A stretch of 64,000 nt of DNA from an uncultured Verrucomicrobiae bacterium (GTDB lineage: Bacteria; Verrucomicrobiota; Verrucomicrobiia; Limisphaerales; UBA11358). Positions 1 to 7,824 of this stretch are shown here, in pieces. The notes beneath the pieces were generated by a model, which made no database searches, had not been told where the DNA came from, and saw only the letters and a list, made by a program, of their open reading frames with translations. Both the position numbers and the translations under genes were made by a program. Location of the stretch: positions 202,864 through 266,863 of the forward strand of contig CAWDKS010000001.1 in the NCBI GenBank assembly GCA_963802965.1, read 5' to 3'. Positions within the stretch are counted from its first letter, which is position 1, and each line of letters opens with the position of its first letter.

Positions 1-1749
1 TTGGGCGGACTCGTTCTGCGGCAAACGGCCCTGTCCCAGACCAATGCCGATGGGACCAGCCAAATGTCCCCGACTGCATCCGCCACCAACGCGCCCGCGG
101 CTGCGGACGCCGGCACACCCAACGCAGCGCCGGCCGCGGCGGACACCAATGCGCCCGCCCTGAACACCGCCGGCAGCGAAACCGCGGCGGCCACCGCGAC
201 CAACCCGCCGGCCGCCGCAATGGCCAGCGAGCCATCCGCCAGTCCGGCCACCAATGCGCCGGCACCCCCGACGGCGAGCATACCGCTCATCCAATTCCAG
301 GACGTTCCCCTGACCACCGCCATCGAAAACCTGGCGCGGCAGGCTGGAATTAATTATTTGCTCGATCCCAAAATCGGCTATGGCCAGCCCGATCAAAACG
401 GACAGGTCAAAGCCGAACCCACCCTCTCCATCCGCTGGGAGAACGTCACGGCCGAACAGGCCCTCCGGGCCTTGCTGGACAATTACGGCCTCCAGTTGAT
501 CGAAGACAAGAACAACCACATTGCCCGAATCACCACCCGGGACCCCTCGGCGCCGCCGCCGCTCATCACCCGCGTCATCCAGCTCAAATACTCCAGCGTC
601 TCCAACATGACCATGGCGGTGCAGTCGGTGTTCACCGACAAACGCAGCAAGGTGTTGCCGGACACGCGCACCAGCCAACTGGTGGTGGTCGCCACCGACC
701 CGGAACAATCGGCGGTGGACACCCTGATCGCCCAACTTGACACACCGACCCGCCAGGTCTTGATTGAAGCCAAGCTGGTTGAAATCACGAGCAACCCCAG
801 CACCAAGAAAGGCATTGACTGGTCGGGCACGCTCTCAGGGCAAAATGTTTCGTTCGGAAACAATTTGAATGGAAATCCAACCACCATTCCCCCCGGCTAC
901 GGACCGCCGGTCGGGATTACAACGTTCACAGGTTCCAATGGCGTCCCTGGGATATCTGGCCTTGGCCAGGAACTTGGTAACTTGGTTAACAAGCCGAGCG
1001 TCGTTGCCGACACTGCCGCCGGCTTTGGCACCATTGGCTTCTTAAATGCCGACGGCGTGAACGCCGTGATTTCTTTCCTGAATGTGTCCGCCGAAGCGCA
1101 GGTGGTTTCCACGCCACGGATTGTGACGCTGGACAATGAAGCAGCGACCATTTCCGTCACCCGCGCCTTTCCGGTTATCAATGTCACCGCCAGCACTGCG
1201 AACACGACTGCCGGTTCCACAATTGCCTATACCAACGTCGGCGTCGTTCTAAATGTTACTCCCCGCATTTCGGCCAACGATTATATCTGGCTCAAAGTCA
1301 TTCCTGACGTGTCCTCGTTTTTCGACACGCAGTCTCAAATCATCGGTGGCGCAACCTACCAGGCCGATGTATTTGATTTCCGCCACATCGAAACCCAGGT
1401 TCTCATTCCCAATGCCAATACTTTGGTCATGGGCGGCATGGTCTCGGACAATCCAAATACCTCCTATACCAAAGTGCCGTTTTTGGGTGACATCCCGGTT
1501 TTGGGATACGCCTTCCGGAGTGAAAACAAATCGGTAAGCAAGGACAATCTTTTAATATTCATCACTCCAACCATCGTCCAGGACAACGACTTTATGCCGG
1601 CGGCGACCGGTTTCCTCAAGTCGCGTCCGTTGACCATGAAACCCTCGTTGCACCCAAACAGTATGTGGGACAGTGGTACACCTTACGACTGGAGCAATCC
1701 CAAGAACACGGACCCCGCTGAGAAAATTCTTAGCCAAGATGAGCAATAG
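1..1749 (+). CDS. Secretin-family outer-membrane channel (GspD/PilQ-like), 5' end cut by window edge
   Basis: The ORF is open to base 1. It has an Ala/Pro/Thr/Asn-rich linker and an STN-like segment IPLIQFQDVPLTTAIENLARQAGINYLLDP. The C-terminal secretin signature is VPFLGDIPVLGYAFRSENKSVSKDNLLIFITPTIV. Confidence 0.9.
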   Translation: MGGLVLRQTALSQTNADGTSQMSPTASATNAPAAADAGTPNAAPAAADTNAPALNTAGSETAAATATNPPAAAMASEPSASPATNAPAPPTASIPLIQFQDVPLTTAIENLARQAGINYLLDPKIGYGQPDQNGQVKAEPTLSIRWENVTAEQALRALLDNYGLQLIEDKNNHIARITTRDPSAPPPLITRVIQLKYSSVSNMTMAVQSVFTDKRSKVLPDTRTSQLVVVATDPEQSAVDTLIAQLDTPTRQVLIEAKLVEITSNPSTKKGIDWSGTLSGQNVSFGNNLNGNPTTIPPGYGPPVGITTFTGSNGVPGISGLGQELGNLVNKPSVVADTAAGFGTIGFLNADGVNAVISFLNVSAEAQVVSTPRIVTLDNEAATISVTRAFPVINVTASTANTTAGSTIAYTNVGVVLNVTPRISANDYIWLKVIPDVSSFFDTQSQIIGGATYQADVFDFRHIETQVLIPNANTLVMGGMVSDNPNTSYTKVPFLGDIPVLGYAFRSENKSVSKDNLLIFITPTIVQDNDFMPAATGFLKSRPLTMKPSLHPNSMWDSGTPYDWSNPKNTDPAEKILSQDEQ

Positions 1750-1772
1750 GCTCGGTCGCGAAACTTGACACA

Positions 1773-1806
1773 ACGGCGCGTTCCCTGGACGCGCCGTTTT
1801 TCTTTT
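1773..1806 (+). terminator. Rho-independent terminator after the secretin gene
   Basis: ACGGCGCGT-tccctgg-ACGCGCCGT forms a 9-bp GC stem followed by TTTTTCTTTT, about 24 nt after the stop codon. Confidence 0.75.
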
Positions 1807-1853
1807 GCCATTGTCTTAATCCCGAAAACCGAAGTTGGGCGCACGAAAATGGT

Positions 1854-1985
1854 GGTAGGGACAGCGCGCTGCGCTGTCCCCGCCCGCGTCGGGCGGGCGG
1901 AACGCATGGTGCGAGGGCGGACGCGCGCCCCGGACCGGTTCCGCGCCTGAACGGCGCGGTGACGGCGCAGCGCGCCGTCCCTACC
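1854..1985. repeat. Palindromic element, GGTAGGGAC...GTCCCTACC family (intergenic copy)
   Basis: The left end is GGTAGGGACAGCGCGCTGCGCTGTCCC and the right end is GACGGCGCAGCGCGCCGTCCCTACC (inverted). Each end is itself a 10-bp hairpin. The same termini recur inside mnmA (26183-26282). Confidence 0.8.
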
Positions 1986-2100
1986 CATTTCGGTTTTGGG
2001 GCTATTGTCAAATTGGTGGGTGCGCGGCTACGGTGCCGCCACCAAACTGGGAGATTCCCCTTTTGCTTCTTTGGCGTTTTGAGCGGAATTAGTGTTTAAG

Positions 2101-2257
2101 CCCGCCCTCACCTTTTATCCTCTCCCCCGGGAGAGGAAATCGCTTCCGATTATTTCTGGATTTGCGGATGAACGTCCGGCCAATCCAGTCGTATTAATTT
2201 CAAAGCAGCGGCGAACGATTCTCCCTCTCCTGGAGGAGAGGGCCGGGGTGAGGGCGG
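2101..2257. repeat. MITE-like element, CCGCCCTCACC...GGTGAGGGCGG family (full-length, about 157 bp)
   Basis: The left terminus is CCGCCCTCACCttttatCCTCTCCCCCGGGAGAGG and the right terminus is CTCCCTCTCCTGGAGGAGAGGGCCGGGGTGAGGGCGG. Half-copies of the right arm recur in pheS and hemW. Confidence 0.8.
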
Positions 2258-2348
2258 ATGTCATCCCTGCCTCCATAATATCGTGGCCGCACCCGAAGAG
2301 TCCGGTTTCACGCCTTGTCACCCACTAAAAACATCGAGGCCCCCTTTT

Positions 2349-2660
2349 TCAGCCACTGGCATCTTTCTGCGTGATTCGCTGCAAGTAATCGAAGGAATAA
2401 ATCCCCGTCGCGTGCCCGTCCGCCCAGACCGGCTGGATGGCATATCCGCCCACGCTGCCAAAACGGACCAATCGAAACGCCGCGGGCGACAGTGACCCTC
2501 CCGGGTTTTTGTAAACGTTCCCCAAAACGTCCTTCTCGCCCTGGCAACCCGCGCAGGGACAGCACCGCCGCAGTCTCTCCAGCGGAATGAAACTTTCGCC
2601 GCCGTCATCCCACTTGACGGCCAGCTCTCCGCCAATCATTTGAATGTCCACCGGTCGCAT
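2349..2660 (-). CDS. DUF971-like small protein (gamma-butyrobetaine hydroxylase-like N-terminal domain type)
   Basis: A 103-aa ORF with CPCAGCQGE and the tail YAIQPVWADGHATGIYSFDYL typical of this family. Its ATG overlaps the mntR stop by 1 nt, giving an operon with mntR. Confidence 0.7.
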   Translation of the reverse strand: MRPVDIQMIGGELAVKWDDGGESFIPLERLRRCCPCAGCQGEKDVLGNVYKNPGGSLSPAAFRLVRFGSVGGYAIQPVWADGHATGIYSFDYLQRITQKDASG

Positions 2661-3106
2661 CAGCGTTTTTTCAACAGCCGCTCAAAGGCCGCCAGCGTTT
2701 CAGGGCTGACGTGATGTTCAATGCCCTCGGCGTCCATTTTGGCCACCTTTTCGGAAATGCCGAGCGACCGCAAAAAGGCCACCACGGTCCCGTGCCGTTG
2801 CTTGGACTCTTTCGCCAGCTTGTGTCCGGCCTCCGTCAGAAAAATTGCGCGGTAAGGCTTCGTGTTCACGAATCCGATTTTTTTCAGCCGCGCCAGCGTG
2901 CGGTTGACGGTCACGTGCGTCACGCCCAGCCGCCGCGCCAAATCCACCACCCGCGCCTCGCCGACGGCGGCGGACAAATCGGCAATGGCCTCGACGTAAT
3001 CCTGCGCGGTCTCGAAGGCGTGATCGCGGCGGGAACGGCGGAACGTCTCGGCCTGCGGCGCGGACGCGCGCGGACGCGCGGCGGATTTGTGATTGGAACG
3101 CGGCAC
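2660..3106 (-). CDS. mntR: DtxR-family manganese-responsive transcriptional regulator MntR
   Basis: HTH segment ARVVDLARRLGVTHVTVNRTLARLKKIGFV followed by the metal-binding/dimerisation region RAIFLTEAGHKLAKESKQRHGTVVAFL...EGIEHHVSPE. It lies next to mntH. Confidence 0.85.
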   Translation of the reverse strand: MPRSNHKSAARPRASAPQAETFRRSRRDHAFETAQDYVEAIADLSAAVGEARVVDLARRLGVTHVTVNRTLARLKKIGFVNTKPYRAIFLTEAGHKLAKESKQRHGTVVAFLRSLGISEKVAKMDAEGIEHHVSPETLAAFERLLKKR

Positions 3107-3148
3107 GGTTCTGAAAAATAACCCCGTGACGGTTTTTACGTCGAGAGT

Positions 3149-3565
3149 TTAATTTTCCGGCAGATCGGCGCGATGCCACCATCCACCACCGAGGGCCTGA
3201 AACAGCGCCGCAGTATCAGCATAGCGATTGGCCTGCGCTTGAACGAGGTTGATCACGGCCTGTTGATAGGCCTGTTCCGCGTTTAAGAGCGCCAGATTGC
3301 CGGCATAACCGGTTTCCAGTTGTCGCCGGGTAAGATCCAGCGTCACCTTGGCGGCGGCGGCGGCGGCGGCGGCGGTTTTCAGGGCGTCGCCGTCCTGTTC
3401 GAGCGCATTCAAGGTGTCGGCGACATTTTGGAAGGCGGTCAGCACGGTGCTGCGATATTGCTCGGCGGCTTGAACATACGCGGCCTTGGCGGCGCGCTCC
3501 CGGTGCAACAAGGCGCCGCCCTGGAAAATGGGCTGCGTCATGCTGTGCAGCCCATCTTGCGGCAA
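3149..3565 (-). pseudogene. C-terminal remnant of a NodT/TolC-family efflux outer-membrane factor
   Basis: Only 138 codons are present (QPIFQGGALLHRERAAKAAY...NRYADTAALFQALGGGWW). They match the last third of roughly 470-aa NodT lipoproteins. There is no N-terminal part, lipobox or ATG start upstream. Confidence 0.55.
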
Positions 3566-3679
3566 GCGACAAAACCGGGAATTTGCGGCGACAAGGGCTG
3601 CGCCTCGGGTCCGGGCCCGACTGATTTGCGACCGGAACGGGGCATAACTTTTTCAACCAGATCCGCGGAGGGTCTTAAT

Positions 3680-3738
3680 TGTAACCCATGCTACATTTTT
3701 GTTGACCCGTTGGGTTTTATGTTGTAACTCATGCTACA
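3680..3738 (+). promoter_or_regulatory. Two direct copies of a TGTAAC(C/T)CATGCTACA dyad (candidate MntR operators)
   Basis: TTGTAACCCATGCTACATTTTTGTT at 3679-3703 and TTGTAACTCATGCTACATGTTTTTGTT at 3723-3749. The core is TGTA-N8-TACA and the copies are 43 bp apart. The second copy ends on the A of the barrel-gene ATG. Confidence 0.45.
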
Positions 3739-4628
3739 TGTTTTTGTTTGAGCTAAAAACGGCGGGTTTTGTTCTGGTTGTCAGTCTGATGCTCGTGCCG
3801 GCATTCCGCGCGCTGGCAGAGGAAACAAACGCTGTTCCGCCGGACAAGAGCGGCTACAACCTGTTCAATCCGACGCCGGACGAATATATGCGGGAAATGA
3901 GCCCAGACCGGCCTGACAAGACGGATTCCCCTTTCACCGTGGACGCCGGGCACTACCAACTGGAAATGGATTTTGCGAACTTTACCTATGACGCGCCCAA
4001 TTCCGAACGCGGCAACGTCAAGTCCGTGGATTATCAGATTGCGCCGATGAACGCCAAAGTCGGCGTGCTCAATAACGTGGATTTTCAACTGGTGCTATCG
4101 CCCTGCCAATGGCAGCGCATCGAGGACAAAACCGCGGGCGCGGTTGAACACCGGTCCGGCTTCGGCGACATCACCCCGCGTGTCAAAGTGAACTTGATTG
4201 GCAATGACGGCGGTTTTTTCGCGCTGGCGCTGATTCCGTTCGTTAAATTTCCCACCGCACGGAACAATCTCGGCAACGGTGCATACGAAGGCGGCGTTGG
4301 AATTCCCTACGCATTTAATGTTCCAAACTGGGATGTGGGTCTTCAAACCACGGTCAGTTGCGACCACGACGACCTTGATGGCGGCTATCACGCCGAGGTT
4401 GATGATTCCATCAGCGTCGGACACGCGGTTATTGGCAAGCTGGAATATCACGCGGAGTTTTTCAGCAGCGTCAGCACGGAGCAAAACTCAGATTGGGTTG
4501 GCACATTCGACACCTGGTTGACTTATCAGGTTAACGAAAATCTGATTTTCGACGGCGGCGTTTACATCGGCGTGACGGCGGCGGCGGATGATTGGCATCC
4601 GTGGGTGGGAGTGACCTGGCGCTATTGA
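3738..4628 (+). CDS. Outer-membrane beta-barrel channel (MetA-pathway/'transporter' PF13557-like family)
   Basis: Signal peptide MFLFELKTAGFVLVVSLMLVPAFRALA, the family-typical N-terminus YNLFNPTPDEYMREMSPDRPDKTDSPFTVDAGHYQLE, and a C-terminal aromatic end VTWRY. It ends 14 nt before mntH. Confidence 0.7.
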   Translation: MFLFELKTAGFVLVVSLMLVPAFRALAEETNAVPPDKSGYNLFNPTPDEYMREMSPDRPDKTDSPFTVDAGHYQLEMDFANFTYDAPNSERGNVKSVDYQIAPMNAKVGVLNNVDFQLVLSPCQWQRIEDKTAGAVEHRSGFGDITPRVKVNLIGNDGGFFALALIPFVKFPTARNNLGNGAYEGGVGIPYAFNVPNWDVGLQTTVSCDHDDLDGGYHAEVDDSISVGHAVIGKLEYHAEFFSSVSTEQNSDWVGTFDTWLTYQVNENLIFDGGVYIGVTAAADDWHPWVGVTWRY

Positions 4629-4642
4629 TTTATTTCCGATTT

Positions 4643-6052
4643 ATGGACTCAAAACCAACTCCAACCACTGACTCCGCCTGGCGCAAGCCGGAGGAGCAAG
4701 TCTCGCTATCGGATGTCCACAGCACCGTGCCCGTGCCGCATCACAAGGCCCGCTTCTGGCGGCAATGGCTGGCCTTCTCCGGACCGGCCATCCTCATCAG
4801 CGTCGGCTACATGGACCCCGGCAACTGGGGCACGGACCTCGCCGGCGGCGCGCAGTTCAAATACGGACTGCTCTGGGTCGTCGCCATGGCCAGTTTCATG
4901 GCCTTGATTCTTCAGGTCATTTCCGCGCGGCTCGGCATGGCCACCGGCAAGGACCTGGCGCAATGCAGCCGCGATTTTTATCCCCGTTGGTCGCGCGTGC
5001 CGAACTGGATCACCATGGAAATTGCCATTTGCGCCACGGACCTGGCCGAGTCGCTGGGCAGCGCCGTCGCCCTGAACCTGCTTTTCCACATCCCGATTTT
5101 GTGGGCGATTGTCATCACCGCGTTTGACGTGCTGCTGCTGCTGTCGTTGCAGGGGATGGGCATGAGAATGATCGAGGCGGTGGTCGCCGTGTTCGTGCTG
5201 ACCATCGGCGTGTGCTACGCCATTGAGATTTTTATTTTTCCGCAGACCCAGCCCGTCTTCTCCGAAATGGCCGGGGCGCTCGTGCGACCGGACCTGCGTC
5301 AGGCTGGCATGCTCGTGATTGCGGTCGGCATGATCGGCGCGACAGTCATGCCGCACAATCTTTACCTGCATTCGGCGCTGGTGCAGTCGCGCAACGTCGG
5401 ACGCGATGAAAACTCCATCCGCACCGCCATCAAGTTCAACACTGTGGATTCCACCGTCGCACTCACGATTGCGTTCTTTGTCAACGCGGCGATTCTCGTG
5501 CTGGCGGCGATGGTTTTCTATGGCAAGACCAGCGTCGCCGTGGCCGGCGGACAGGTCATCGCGTTCAGCCCCGACAGCGACTGGATTCGCGTGGCCTATC
5601 TGACGCTGGCGCCGTTGCTGGGCACGGTGGGTGCCAGCACGCTGTTCGCCGTGGCGCTGCTCGCCAGCGGCCAGAGCAGCACCATTACCGGCACCCTAGC
5701 CGGGCAGGTGGTGTTGGAAGGCTTCATGAACTGGCGCATCCGGCCGTGGCTGCGCCGGATGATTTCGCGCCTGCTGGCCGTCATCCCGGCCATCGTGATC
5801 ATCGGCATCCGCGGCAACGGCAGCATCACCGACCTGGTGAACTTGAGCCAGGTCTATCTCTGTCTCGTCCTGCCGTTCGCCATGTTTCCGTTGTTGCAAT
5901 TCACCTCCTCGCGTAAAATCATGGGCCAGTGGCGCAACGGCTGGTTCCTGCTGGTGCTGGGCTGGGCCAGCGTGATTGCCATCACCGGGATGGATATTTA
6001 CAGCCTGCCGGATGCGCTTAAAGATGCCTGGCACGTCATCCTCGGCAAATGA
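4643..6052 (+). CDS. mntH: Nramp-family Mn2+/Fe2+:H+ symporter MntH
   Basis: Polytopic membrane protein with Nramp motifs GPAILISVGYMDPGNWGTDLAGGAQFKYGLLWV and MPHNLYLHSAL. The ATG at 4643 is chosen because it lies after the upstream stop. Confidence 0.92.
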   Translation: MDSKPTPTTDSAWRKPEEQVSLSDVHSTVPVPHHKARFWRQWLAFSGPAILISVGYMDPGNWGTDLAGGAQFKYGLLWVVAMASFMALILQVISARLGMATGKDLAQCSRDFYPRWSRVPNWITMEIAICATDLAESLGSAVALNLLFHIPILWAIVITAFDVLLLLSLQGMGMRMIEAVVAVFVLTIGVCYAIEIFIFPQTQPVFSEMAGALVRPDLRQAGMLVIAVGMIGATVMPHNLYLHSALVQSRNVGRDENSIRTAIKFNTVDSTVALTIAFFVNAAILVLAAMVFYGKTSVAVAGGQVIAFSPDSDWIRVAYLTLAPLLGTVGASTLFAVALLASGQSSTITGTLAGQVVLEGFMNWRIRPWLRRMISRLLAVIPAIVIIGIRGNGSITDLVNLSQVYLCLVLPFAMFPLLQFTSSRKIMGQWRNGWFLLVLGWASVIAITGMDIYSLPDALKDAWHVILGK

Positions 6053-6082
6053 TGATAAACCAGCGGATTTGAATCTGAATCC

Positions 6083-6511
6083 ATGTATAAAAAAATCCTC
6101 ATTCCGCTTGAAAACAGCGTAACCGACAGTGCAATTCTCGACCACATCCGGTCGCTCACGAAGATCACCGGGGCAAAACTCCTGCTGCTGCATGTGGCCG
6201 ACGGCTGGGCGGCGCGGAATTTCAACCAGCTCGAACTCGCCGAGTCCGAGGAAATGAAGGACGACCGCGCGTATCTGGAAAAAATTGCCGGACAACTTCG
6301 CGGCGACGGTTTTTCCGTTGAAACCATGCTGGCACTTGGCAATCCACCGTCGGAAATCATCAAGGTCGCCGAAGCCGAAGCCTGTGATTTGATTGCGATG
6401 GCCGGCCACGGCCACCGTCTGTTCGGTGACATTTTTCACGGCAGCACCATCACCCGGGTCCGGCACCGAACGACGATCCCAATGCTCGTGGTCCGCGCAA
6501 AGAAGAAATGA
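6083..6511 (+). CDS. Universal stress protein (UspA family)
   Basis: 142 aa with MYKKILIPLENS...LLLLHV and the C-terminal ATP-binding-type motif DLIAMAGHGHRLFGDIFHGSTITRVRHRTTIPMLVV. Confidence 0.85.
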   Translation: MYKKILIPLENSVTDSAILDHIRSLTKITGAKLLLLHVADGWAARNFNQLELAESEEMKDDRAYLEKIAGQLRGDGFSVETMLALGNPPSEIIKVAEAEACDLIAMAGHGHRLFGDIFHGSTITRVRHRTTIPMLVVRAKKK

Positions 6512-6512
6512 C

Positions 6513-6539
6513 GTAGGACAGGCGTCGCGCCTGTCCTAC
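6513..6539. repeat. 12-bp-stem hairpin between convergent usp and VOC genes
   Basis: GTAGGACAGGCG-tcg-CGCCTGTCCTAC overlaps the VOC stop codon. There is no U-run. It is a possible bidirectional terminator or a solo repeat hairpin. Confidence 0.5.
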
Positions 6540-6937
6540 TTGGCAAGTTTGAAATCCGCCGGTCGTTCAACCAGGTGCAGCAAATTACCCTCGCCATCCT
6601 CGAAGAACAAAACCCGGCCGCCGCCCGCCGCCGGCCGGATTTCCTCCGTGAATTTCACGCCGCGCTTTTCCAGTCCGGTCTTCGCCGCATCCAGCGACGG
6701 CACGCGCAGCGCGATGTGGCGGAATCCGGCCAGCTGGTTGTCGCCGCGACCGGCATTGGGCGCGGCGTTGGCCGGATAAATCTCCAGCCATGCGCCGCCC
6801 GCCAGCGCGAGGATGAAGGTCGGCGGCTTCCGGCCATTGTCCCAAATCACCCGCGCGCCCAAGACGCGCTCATACCAGTTTTTCAGGGCGACGCTGTCCG
6901 CGGCGGGAACGCCGATGTGTTCGACGGAAAAGTTCAT
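6536..6937 (-). CDS. VOC-family (glyoxalase/bleomycin-resistance/dioxygenase fold) protein
   Basis: MNFSVEHIGVPAADSVALKNWYERVLGA...FRHIALRVPSLDAAKTGLEKRGVKFTEE...FFEDGEGNLLHLVE. The start is set at the internal Met that gives the usual family length. Confidence 0.75.
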   Translation of the reverse strand: MNFSVEHIGVPAADSVALKNWYERVLGARVIWDNGRKPPTFILALAGGAWLEIYPANAAPNAGRGDNQLAGFRHIALRVPSLDAAKTGLEKRGVKFTEEIRPAAGGGRVLFFEDGEGNLLHLVERPADFKLAK

Positions 6938-7085
6938 GCGTTTCAAATATACTGCCGCCGGCCCATGGACAATGTTCAAATCTTAATCCTAATCCTGCTC
7001 TTAATCGTAATCTCCCGGCTGGAACAATTAAGTCCACGATGACGATCTGGAGCGGCCAATTTCAAGTTCACTCACCACGGCCATC

Positions 7086-7745
7086 GTGTATCATTGGCGC
7101 GTGAATTCTGTGAACACCGAATCCTTTCTCAAGCAGCGGTTGCTTTGCATCACGTCGGTTGACCGGGCGGAGGACGCCGTGCCGCTCGCCAAGGCGCTGT
7201 TCGCCGGCGGATTGAAAGTCATGGAAATCACCTTCCGCACCGCCGCCGCCGCCGAGTCCATCCAACGCATCCGCCAGGGCCTGCCGGAAATGTCCATCGG
7301 CGCCGGCACGCTGCTGTCGCCGGAACAGGTGCAACGCGCGATGGAGGTCGGCGCGCAATTCGGCGTGTCGCCCGGCTTGAATGAAGCGGTTTTGGCCGAG
7401 GCGGATAAAAACGACCTCCCGTTTTTCCCCGGCGTCATGACGCCGACCGAGGTGGACCGCGCGTTGAACCTGGGCTGGAAACATCTGAAATTTTTCCCGG
7501 CGGAACCGTCCGGCGGTGCGGCGATGCTCAAGGCATTGGCCGGCCCGTTCGCGCACACCGGCGTAAAATTCATTCCCACCGGCGGCATCAACGCGGCAAC
7601 ATTGCCGGATTACCTCGCGATCCCGCAGGTCGCCGCCGTGGGCGGTTCGTGGATGGCTGAACGCAAACTCGTCGCGGAAAAGGCGTGGTCAAAAATTACG
7701 GCGTTAACTGCGGAAGCGATGAAGGTGATTGCGCAGGCGAAATGA
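7086..7745 (+). CDS. eda: KDPG / 4-hydroxy-2-oxoglutarate aldolase
   Basis: AVPLAKALFAGGLKVMEITFRT...IGAGTLL...FGVSPG...FFPGVMTPTE...LKFFPAEPSGG...FIPTGGI are classic Eda blocks. The GTG start at 7086 is uncertain. Confidence 0.9.
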   Translation: MYHWRVNSVNTESFLKQRLLCITSVDRAEDAVPLAKALFAGGLKVMEITFRTAAAAESIQRIRQGLPEMSIGAGTLLSPEQVQRAMEVGAQFGVSPGLNEAVLAEADKNDLPFFPGVMTPTEVDRALNLGWKHLKFFPAEPSGGAAMLKALAGPFAHTGVKFIPTGGINAATLPDYLAIPQVAAVGGSWMAERKLVAEKAWSKITALTAEAMKVIAQAK

Positions 7746-7749
7746 ATTT

Positions 7750-7814
7750 GGGAGGGACGACGTGTCGGCGTCCCCAACTAGAAAAGTTTGGGACGGCGGC
7801 ACGCCGTCCCTCCC
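7750..7814. repeat. Twin-hairpin palindromic element, GGGAGGGACG...CGTCCCTCCC family
   Basis: GGGAGGGACGACGTGTCGGCGTCCCC...GGGACGGCGGCACGCCGTCCCTCCC sits between the convergent stops of eda and the GH105-like gene. Relatives occur at 35459, 42316 and 62469. Confidence 0.8.
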
Positions 7815-7824
7815 GATAAAAATT

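Noticed and set aside
2283-2635. Several 70-105-aa ORFs overlapping the DUF971 gene and the MITE at 2101-2257.
   Set aside because: They are alternative frames of the DUF971 gene or translations of the repeat (…LPLLEERAGVRAD…). The DUF971 frame has the recognisable family motifs.
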